Shown here: positions 39,429 to 49,985 of the stretch, piece after piece | Position numbering within the stretch: the first letter of the stretch is position 1 | How the letters are laid out: each line of letters starts with the position of its first letter | Assembly (NCBI RefSeq): GCF_963921235.1 | Contig: NC_086098.1 | Span: 155,496,001 to 155,560,000, forward strand | Direction: 5' to 3' | From: Mobula hypostoma | Lineage: Eukaryota | Length of the DNA stretch: 64,000 nucleotides | Position numbers and translations under genes: made by a program | The notes under the pieces: generated by a model | What the model saw: the letters and a program-made list of their open reading frames with translations, nothing else | What the model was told of the DNA's origin: nothing | Databases searched by the model: none

Positions 39429-39469
39429 TTTTATCAGCCTTATGAAGAAGGATCCAAATTTATGCAAAT
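39429..39469 (-). promoter_or_regulatory. Ig light-chain promoter: octamer ATTTGCAT (39462-39469) and TATA-like GATAAAA (39429-39435)
   Basis: Octamer in light-chain orientation about 110 nt upstream of the ATG, the canonical IgL promoter position. Confidence 0.88.
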
Positions 39470-40479
39470 CCTTAACCAAAGGGCAGAACACGATTGGAGC
39501 ATCTGAACTGAGGTCAAGTCAAACGCAAGCTCTGTAAGGAATGACGTTAGTGCGTCATGCACACGGAGCTATACAATTCTGAATACGGTGTTCTGACTTT
39601 CTGCAGATAGGGGTTATGCCATATTATATATTACATCTTCGGGGTTGGCAACTAATTGCTAGCTGCAAAATCAGATTGTATATTAATAATGAATAAATAA
39701 GTCGCGTGTTCAAAGCGAATCCCATGTCATGAATTTCAAATAAAGCAGTCTTGGAAATGCGAACGCTGCGTTTGCGGTGTTGATTCAATTATATGACATT
39801 AATAACGCTCTATTCTATTTTCGATTGCGATTAAGCATATTATGTTCAATTCGAAGGACTGTGACCGATAGTGCACAACAGGGCAGATTATTTCCATGGA
39901 GATTAAAGCATATTTAATATGTATTTTTGTCTTGCGGGATCATTCTCACGAACAGAGCAGCTGGGGAGCGGTTTGTTCACTTGCAACCCATTCCAGTCTG
40001 TTGACGTCCTGAACAATACCAACGTAAAATGTACTTTTTTTTTAACTGCTTACGCTTTTCTTTGAGCATTCGGAGCAAATGCTATTCCAGCGCGCTAATT
40101 TATCGCTGAAGTAGGGGTACATTCTATACACAATATTATTATTATTTAAAATGGGTCAGATATTTGTTCCTGCAAGTTAACACGGGAGAAATATTCTCAC
40201 TGGGCTGGAAATGGTTCGCCATATTTTAGCTTCAAAAATCAATGCTTGGCTTTTCAGGATATCGGTGACGAGAAATATCTTCACTCAGAAGCTAAATATT
40301 TCAGTAATTCTCTACCCAAGAGGCATGTGGAGGCTTGATCTCTGAATAATTTGAAGGCAAGTGTAAATTGATATACGATTACTTTATGAAAGCGGCGCGG
40401 CAGTCGTAACATTATTGAATGATCACAATCCAAACGATTCTACACCTTCCGATCGTAGATAACCTCTTTTTCTTTGTAA

Positions 40480-40990
40480 TTTATTTTTTTTTTCAATTGA
40501 AATTCAGCATCATACAAACATTTCTGTAAGATGTGTTTCAGATACTGTATGTATGTATAGTCATAGTCATAGTCATACTTTATTGATCCAGGGGAAATTG
40601 GTTTTCGTTACACTTGCATCATAAATAATTAAATGGTAATAAAACCATAAATAATTAAATAGTAATATGTAAATTATGGCAGGAAATAAGATCACATATT
40701 CATGTTTGCCACAAATCTCCACATAGTATTTATCTGAGGTATACACTTATAGAAAAGAAAAGAAAGAACAAACAAAAGGAACACTATGTACAAATAGGGA
40801 GTGATCTGTTTTTTACAACATAATCATTGATTTGTGAGAATAAAATCAGGGCTGTGGGGTGTTATGTAGTCAAACCATTTTTCCCAGTGTGAATCGAATT
40901 GTTCCGATTTATGACGGACAGATGCTGTTTGGAAATGGATAACCTCGTTCACTGACTTCATTTCATTTTTTACCAACAGAGCCAACCTAC
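40480..40990 (-). mobile_element. L1/Tx1-like LINE 3' end containing a short Rex1 tail (about 40558-40690)
   Basis: The (ATAGTC)n...GGGGAAATTGGTTTTCGTTAC segment is the reverse complement of the Rex1 tail at 6540-6656. Confidence 0.55.
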
Positions 40991-41399
40991 TCCCGCTGCC
41001 TACCTGTCAGTCATAGAGCATAGAACGAAAAACAGTACAGCACAGGGACAGCCCTTCAGCCCACAACGTCCTAAAAACTAAGTTAAAAAAAAACTAATCC
41101 CTCTTACCCACACAATGTCCATATCCCCTCATCTTCCTCATATCTATGCGCCTATCTAAACGTCTCTTAAAAAAAACCTCTAATATATTTGCCTCTACCA
41201 CCATACCAAGCAGCGTGTTGCAGGCAGGAAAACCCATAACATTGGAACAGTTCTGCACAGCTATTTTGCAGATGTGCTGGTGTTAAAATTCAGCTGTCCT
41301 TTCGACACAATATGTATCCTTGGACGTTAAGCTCCCAGCTATAATCTTCATTCAGTCACGATGCCCGCCACTTCGTACATGCCAATCTGTAACTGTGTT

Positions 41400-43190
41400 C
41401 CAAGTTCATCTACCTTATTCCGTCTACTGCGTGTATTCAATTTTAGGACGCAGTGATCATAATATGATAGAATTCACCCCGCAGTTTGAGAGTGAGAAGC
41501 TAACAATCAGAGATAGATGGAGGGGCAGATAGTGCTGAGGAAGCAGGGAATCTGGAGCAGGAATTAGAGTTGGAGAATGTGACAGAGAAGTCGCAGATGG
41601 TATACGTTGCACAGAAGTGTATGTTCATGTACTTTACTAAGAGAAATAAAGGCATTGGTTATTTTCTAAATGCGGAGTAAATCCAAAAAGCAGGTGCAAA
41701 ACGACTAGGGAGTCCTCATGCAGGGTTCCCTAGAGGTTAACTTGCAGGTTGAATTGGTGGTAAGGAAGGGAAATTCAACGGTAGCAGACATTTTGAGAGG
41801 ACTAGAATAAAAAAAAAATCAAGAGTGTCATTCTGAAGTTTTATAAGGCATTTATCAGACCGCACTTGGAGTATTGCGAGCAGTTTTGAGCCCCTTATCT
41901 ATGAATGAATTTGCTGGTCTTAGAGAGGTTGCAGAGGACGTTCACGAGAATTATCCTGGAAATGAAAGGGTCTGAGGAGCGTGTGGTGGCTTTTGGCTCG
42001 ACTTCGCTTGAGAATATTTATTGAATGTTTATTGGCCAAGATAATATATGGAGGGTATCTTACCTGTAGCGGGGGAGTCTAGGACCAAAGGACACAGCCT
42101 CAGAATACAAGGAAGTCCCTTTAGAACAGAGATGAGGAGGGATTGCTTTAGCCAGAGGGTGGCGAGTCTGTGGAATTCATTGCCGCAGACGGCTGTGCAG
42201 GCGGATAGTGGTTAAGTTCTTGATCACTAAGAGGATCAAATGTTACGAGGGGAAGGCAGGAGAATGAGATTGAGAGGCCGGTAAATGGCGACTCCTTTCC
42301 TTGCATCTTCGGAAACAGTTTCTATCTTTGATATCTCTTTTTTCCCTTTTCAAAGTTCTTTTGAAGACCCTGACCTGGAGTTACACTCTGACTTCGGCTC
42401 TGTGCGGGAGTGGGACCCGCTCTCAGGGCCTCACGGCGGGCCTCTTTCTGTTATCCCACGGACGCGGCTGGAAGGCGAGTGCGCCTTCAGGGTTTCGGGT
42501 TTCGTGGCTCTGGGGACGTGTTGATTCTACGTCGGTGCCCCTGACTGAAGCGTTGCTGGAGAACACGGGACATCGGGAGCAGCGGGTTAGCTGCCGTGGG
42601 CTGTGTGCCCAGAGAGCTTCGCCTTTCTTGGGCCGACTCTCTGGGCGCAGAGCTCGGAAAAGGAGACGCAGCAGACTTTTAACATCGTAAATCAGCAATT
42701 TGCTTGTTATGTCTCCCCTCTTGCTGTCCAACGGAGAAACCTCTTTTTCCTTATTAGAGAGAGAGAGAGAGCCTGTAGTATATCGAATTACCGGGTGAAA
42801 GAGTAGACGTTGGGGTACTGCAAGTATGTGTCTTTATTGCTGCTTGCTGCACGCTTGAGTGCTCGGTGGAGGGCGGTGATGCTTTTTTACTGGTGGGGGT
42901 GGGGAGGGTGGTTGTCTTTTTCTTGCTCTTGCTTGTGCGTGGGAGAGGGGAGCTGGTGGGCAGCGGTACTTTAGGGTTCTAATGTTTATCTGTCATTCAT
43001 TCTTTGAGGCACTCTTCTGTTTCCGAGGAAGTTTGCGAAGAAAAAAAAATTCAGGATGTATAATGGATACATTTCTCTGGCATTAAGTGTACCCATTGAA
43101 ACTGAAATCAGCAACCTTGCAATCGTAGAACAGACTCGATGGGCCGAATGACCTAAGTTTGCTCTTAAGTTTTATGGTGTTATGGTCTTA
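41400..43190 (+). mobile_element. Degraded CR1 whose 3' end is interrupted by an unrelated repeat of about 0.8 kb (about 42291-43084)
   Basis: RSDHNMIEF, YKAFIRPHLEYC and FRTEMRR..SQRVASLWNSLPQ motifs. The CR1 tail resumes at about 43085. Confidence 0.6.
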
Positions 43191-44591
43191 TATATTAACA
43201 CTTCCCTTTTGTTGCTCCGTCCACAGACGTTGCCTAACCTGCTGAACATCCACTCCATTTCCTGCTTTTTACCCATCACTCAAATATCTTCACTCGGAAT
43301 CTAGAAAGTCCTTGTAATTCTTTATCCAAGAGGGCGGTAGAGGTTCAGTCTCGGAATGTAAACAAGGCAAGTGTAAATGCCTATTAAGGAGTCAAAGAAT
43401 CTGCGATTACTTCAAGAAAGTATTCTTGCAGTTCTCATATTATTGAATGGCCGAACAGGCTCGCAGCATGCTACAGCGATACTCAGCAGCTCAGGTAGCA
43501 TCAGTGAAAAGAGAAACGGTGTTGAGGTTTCAGGCTTCGTTCTATTTTCGGCCGGCACTATTCACTGGACTGTAAAGTTGAAACAATTTGGTGTTGCATA
43601 TTCTTCAGTAAACAAGTGAATTCCACTTTTTCCAAATTACTCAAAATCACCTCCACGGTCGGTGAGGCGAAAATATTGCTCTCCCAACGCTTCCTCTATT
43701 TTTTTTTTTTACAGCTGCACGGCCCAACAATTGCTCTGAGCAGGAAATTTTTACACAGCCTGAACACTGCGCGGCTCTTTAAATGTTGTTTACGTAATAT
43801 GCATCCTATATATACTTAGAAAGAAAGTTGAAAAAACACATAAACTGGAAAGTAACGGTATAGGTTGCACTGGGAACTTCAAATCCATTCACGGGCGCTC
43901 ATTGACGCCCAGTGTCAATAGCGAAAGTAGGAGACCTTCACCAAATTACCAGTGATCCATCACTTCTCCCCGCTTTTAAGCAGATGTTGCCCCAACTGAT
44001 TGAAATATTTCAGATTTTGCGTTGGCCCCAGTAGCCATCCCAGAACCGGGCTGGAGAAAGTGATCCTCAACACCAAGGGCCCAAGGCGAAGAAGAGTCCC
44101 ATAGGCCCCTGAGTGCACGTGGCTTTGCAGCATTGCAACTGTGTTCCACCTTGTCTGAAAATAGGAAGCTGTGTATTAGTGAATGGCTGCCATAACTAAT
44201 TAGCTGGGAGAATGTATTAGCCGTCAAATGTGGGGTGAGAGTTGCCGTAGTGTAACGTTATTAGGTGTAGGTGACAGTTGATGAGAGTTATTGCTATAGC
44301 AGCGATGTATGTGCAAACCACTGAACCATCTAGGATATTCGTTGTCTGCTTATTGGTATTTGTCAATGTGTGTATTCATCATAAGCGTGTGCATGATGTC
44401 AGTAAGTGTTTTCCCAGCAATAGATCTATGTCATCAATCAATGATTTTTGTCCTTAACACGGATGTTACTGACCTTCTCCAACACTGTTGTTTCATGGTA
44501 ATCTGGATGGATTCCTGGGCCTCTGAGCGCCGGGGAACCATTTTCCCACTGCACCTCTTTATACAGGACTCGTGAGGAAATAAAGGCTGAC

Positions 44592-45680
44592 TGTCATAAA
44601 GGGCGCTGCTGGCGGACCCAAATGCAAGACACAGACACTGAAGTACTAGGAACAGGATAGGACTGGAGACTAGAGTTAGGGACGTGACTGGATGCAGACA
44701 AGGAACTGGGACAAGAATACAGACTTGGGCTAGGACATTGGCTGGGCAAGCGAGACCAGGACTAGGAACTGGGAACTAGGAACCTGGGTCTTAACTGGGC
44801 TCGGACTCCGGAAGCAGGCGAGGACATGACGTGGCTACAGGACTGGACATGGTTTGAGTTCCTCGAGGCGAGGACATGATGTGGTCTTGGAAGACAGGAA
44901 CCTCGGAATACAAAGCTGGAAGCCTTGACTTGGTCTTGGCGAGGACAGGAACACAGAGCCTTGGTCTAGAGCACGGGAATACGGAGCCTTGGACTTGAGA
45001 GACAGGAACATGGAACACAGAGCCGGGACCCCTCCTTGGGAACAGGACGTAGGGTCGGGGCTCATAAACAGAATGCTGAACACGACGAGACGGTTCACAA
45101 TACTAGGTAGCGGCAAACGGCCGGACCTACCTAGGGAAGGCGTGGACACAGAGACGGTTCCCAACACTGGGTAGAGGCAAACGGCCGGACCTACACAGCG
45201 AAGGTGTGGACACACAGACAGTTCCAACTCAGCGATAGGCAGTTCCTTATCTTGACACAGCAAGGCTCTGGTCTTGCTCCGGTGGTTGAACTTGACAAGG
45301 TTGCAAGCAAGACTCCAGACACAGGTTGCAGGCAAGGCTTCAGAAGGAAGGGGAAGGGAAAGGAGTAGTTCAGCCTCAGCTAACGGCAAAGACGGCCTGG
45401 CTTACTCAACGGAGGTAAGGACAGGAAGGGACGGATCCAACTGCAGGGTAACGGCAAAGACGGCCTGATTTACCCTACAGAGGCGAGGACGGGATACTGA
45501 CGAGACGAACCAGCAACCCCACTCGAACCCAGAGCCACTTCTATTACCAGGCCCAAGACGAGCATCAGGTGCCTATGATTAAGCCCAACTGAAACAAGGA
45601 ACAGCCGGAAGACCTGGAGTCCGGAGTCCATGAACCTGACCGTGAATCGGAACGTGGACTTCAGGGACCGGACCATGACA
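44592..45680 (-). mobile_element. Solo LTR (1089 bp), Gypsy/BEL type
   Basis: TGTCAT...ATGACA termini and a perfect 5-bp TSD CTGAC (44587-44591 and 45681-45685). Orientation inferred from LTR-like internal motifs. Confidence 0.88.
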
Positions 45681-46289
45681 CTGACGTTTTATGCCCTACT
45701 TAAGTATGGATTGCAAATATGAAAATAAAGCACAGAAACAATTGAAGTTATTGAACACTTCCGCTCTGAGATGCAGTGAAATCTTTGATCACTGCCTTCA
45801 GCTGGTGGGAACTACTCTCAAAACTGCATTTAGAGAATAAGAACAAGAATGATAAATCGCTGGTCACGATCGCAATACTGAGGGGACAGGATGAAATATG
45901 AACAAAATGATCATGAGTTACTCACTCATTAAATTGCTGGCATATAATTATTCCTTTTCTACATTTAATTTGTTAAGATAAAGACAGGTTGGAAACGGGG
46001 ACAACCTGTGGAATGCTTTGGAATCAACAGAACTCATTGTTAACATCTTAGGTTAATACATTTAAAGGCCACAACAAATAACAGAACATAGTCATATAAT
46101 CACATAAAAATGGGAACCAAGCAAAACATCGCTCATATCTTGGTAAAACTAGATTAAGTTTGAAGCTGTAGAAGCAAATGCAGATTTTATTTTGATGCAG
46201 TTTATTTGCAAAAGCATGAAGTTAGGAAGGTAATTCTAAGAGGCAGGATCTATCTGAGTTTGCATGGCTAACGCTGATTAAAGAATGTA

Positions 46290-47420
46290 GTCTTACGAAT
46301 TTAGCTTAGTGGTTTGAAGGTATGACCAAGAATTTTGACGAGAGCAAGCAGTAGAAGCTACCTAATGGATCTTAGGATGGCTTTCAGCAAGGTTCCTCAT
46401 GGCGGACTGCTCCAGAAGGAGAATCACAAAGGATCGGGAGAGCAATTGCCAGGTGGGTAATAAAGTGGCTTGGTGGAAGGCAGTAGAGGCTAGTAGTGGA
46501 GGACTGGTATTCAGTTTGGAGTCGTGTGATAATTCGTATGGCGCAGGGACAGTCGCTTTGTCCCCTGTTTTTTTGTTAGATATATTATCGATGTGGATGA
46601 GGATCCAGGTGGCAAGATTATTACATTGAAAGATGATACTAAAACTCATGGCATAGTAGATAATGAAGTAGGTTGCCTAAGTTTACAGCATGGTGTATGT
46701 TAACTGGAATGGCGAGCAAATGAATGGCAGATGGAAGTTAACTCAGAGAAGAGAAAAGTGATACATTTTGGAAGGTTATTTCAGGTCGGAACTTATTACG
46801 GAGCCCAGAGGAGTGGTGGTGAACGCAGAGACCATGTGGTTCAAGTGCAGATCCCTGAGAGTGACTACACAGTAGACTAGTTGGTGAAGTCGTCCTGAGG
46901 CATGCTTGCCTTCTTCGGGTGGGGCAGTTGAGCACAGCAGTCAGATGTCAAATAACAGCTGGAATATTGTGCGCGTTTCCGCTCACCATGCAATAAGTGT
47001 TCTATGATAAGTGTATAGCAGAGAAGAAAGGAAGTCGCTAGGACTGGACAACTTGAGTTAGGAGGAGGGACTGACTAGTGTGGGACTATTTTCCCTGGAG
47101 CGAATGAGACTGTAGCGTGACCCTCCAAACGGCTATAAAATAATGGGGGGCATTCATAAGGTGGATAGTCAGTCGTTTCCCCAGGATAGGGGAGCCTAAA
47201 ACTAGAATACAGAGGTACAACGTAAGAGGGGGAAAAGAGGATCTGAAGGGCAAGATTATTACACAGAAAGTGATTAGTACATGGAACGAGCTGCCAGACT
47301 AATTGGTAGAGGGCGGTGCAATTACAACGATTAAGGGACACTTGGACAGGTTGATGGAAATATTTAGAGGGAGGTGGGCCAAATGCAAGCAAGTAGAACC
47401 AGATCAAATTTGGGCTGTCT
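46290..47420 (+). mobile_element. Old degraded CR1 RT/3' fragment
   Basis: Residual LTNL, FSKVPH and WQME.N motifs and a CR1-type tail. Confidence 0.6.
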
Positions 47421-48504
47421 TGTTTCCCAACTGTACAAATCTATTTAATCTATGCTGTTGAATCTTGTGAATCACATTGTTTACGTCGGATTATTCTTTA
47501 AAAACCACTGGTTTATGGGGACATATTGATCATTATTTCTTGGAGATAAGAAGAACGAAAAATTATCCTTCTGAAGTATATTAGGGTCCAAGAGAACGTG
47601 ACAAAAAAGTTGCTTTGAGGATGTGTTCCCCTTGGTGGAATTTGGAACAAAGGGACATCAGCTTCGAATGGGCTCAGTCATTGCAATAGGGTGAGGATGA
47701 ATTTCTTCACACGGCACATAGCGAAATTCGAATTCTTTAGCCTTGAGAGTTGTGGAGGCTGGATCAATGTATTTATTCATAGCCAAATAATACCTTTGGC
47801 GTCGGCGAGACAGTCTATAAAACAAAAGGCTGAAAAGTCGAGGCGAGGCAAAGCTCGATCATCCCTGATCTTCCTTGATATTAGAATGGGTTCAATGGAC
47901 GAGATTTCCCGCCTACTGCTGCTTGCGTTCTGTTCTTATATTTGTCAGTTTTGCATTGATTTGAAAAGACAAGATTGAAGCAAAATATATTCCAACATAG
48001 TTCAGCATGTCTGTACTCACGTCATATTTTATATTTTGTTCGGATTCTTATGGTACCTTTATAAAATCTTATTCGCAATTAACAACATACGAACGTAAGT
48101 AAAGAGACTGGAATATCGCTGTAGGACCGTAGCAACCCCTAAGTACACTGCCCATTCCTGTCTCAAATTAAATCATGGTTTACTCGATCAGTTGCTCGTT
48201 TTCCAGCTGATCCCTATATCGATGATCCCCGCTGTGTTCCAAAACCTATCAGTCTCACCACTGAATGCACCCAGTGACGGATTACCCTCAGCTCTTTGAG
48301 CAAGAAAATTTGAAATAATCGATACAGAGGGATACTCAGTTTTTCCACTTCTAAAACAATGGATCTTATCCCGGCAGCGCTCTCTCCAGTTCTGGATTTA
48401 ACAGCAAAAGGAAAGGTCTTCTAAAATTCATGTTATTCACCAAATTTTTTTGCATGTCGCAATGAAAGCAACTCTCATTTTGCTGAAATCCGGTATCCGT
48501 TAAC

Positions 48505-48640
48505 GGAATTAATAACGCATAATATTACTGGTGTATTTCTGTAGCGCAGTCCTATTATCAGACATTTAAGTCTTCTTAAGTGTCTGGTAATAGGACTACA
48601 CTACAGAAATACAGCAGTAACATTGTGCGTTATTAATTCC
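48505..48640. repeat. 136-nt imperfect palindrome (66-bp arms, 4-nt loop)
   Basis: The right arm reverse-complements the left arm with 7 substitutions and no indels. Loop TCTT at 48571-48574. Confidence 0.92.
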
Positions 48641-49985
48641 AAAGCATGTATAAACTATCCTGGATAAAGAGAAACAAAATGAAATCAGTACTCCACATGT
48701 ACTGTATTCTCGGGAGCACCCTGTACAATTACAGCAACACGTTGGAATAATTGTCATTATACGTAATGGAACATGAAATAATATGAGCCAAATTAATATT
48801 AAACTTGTTTGCTGCTAATTATGACAAACTAAAGAGAGAAGAGCGAAAAAAAGGTATCGGAGAAGATGTCGGGATATCGACTTTAAAATTTTAAATGTCA
48901 CAACTTAATATTCCATTCTGCAACATCGCAATGTCGATCCCATCTGCTATAAAAAGCTAACCTCTCTAGATTTGGAATACAGAAGGAATGGGTGCCTTAA
49001 CACAACTGTGAATGCTGAAATAATTCGTAAGATCACTGACTTCAAATGATCGCATTGATATTCACTCCTCAGAAGCTGTTCGTTATGCTGAGTGATTTTG
49101 GTTCAGGGATCCATTATATTCTGATTCAGATTTTCAACATGAGTTATGTTCTATGCAGAAACGAATATATGCCTAGAGCGCACAGAAAGTGTGCGTAAAT
49201 GGGATTTAGTCGAAGTCAGGGCACAAGCAACATGGATTTATATGACCACAAGGTTGGGAGTTTAGAATGCAAATGAGCAGCATGCGTATTGGAAACCAGT
49301 GACAAACATCAGAAGGGCGAAGGAGGGGTGTGGAGTCACAATATCTCCAATTTTGCCAATTTTATTAGTTCCATTATATCCTCTAGGAATCTGTTAAGGT
49401 AGTGTTCTTCCGTTTCCTGTGCCCATACCTGTATATTCACATTGCACGTTACTGTATCCTCCTCACAACCCACAATGCAAACAATTTGGATGTCCTGCAT
49501 CCGGTCTCCGTATATAGATCATTGACGTAGATTGTGAACAACAGTGGTAGTAGCTCTGAAACTACCTGAATAGCCACGATTACCCAAACAAAACGAGCTC
49601 TTAACCCTTAGTCCCTGTCAATATATTGCCTCTAATGCAGTGTTTCTTTTAAATCTTGAGTATTAACCCGTTGTTATGCTTCCATTCGAAGGCCTTCTGA
49701 AAGTCCAAATACACAATGCCATTGATTATACCTTCTGCATTTGGCTACTAACAGCCTCCAATCAACCACCTCAGCGTTAATTCCCAATTATAAATCCATG
49801 CTGATTCTGTCAATTCCCATAATTATTTTCCAAGTGCCTTCTTACCAGTTCCTATAGTTAGCTATTGCTTTATTTTCCTCCTATTGATGAGCAGTTGAAC
49901 TGCTTGCAGTTGCCAGCGTCATTCTCTAAATGATGGCGTTCAAATGGCAACCTTCTAATGAATAAGAAACACTTTAAATTTACAG

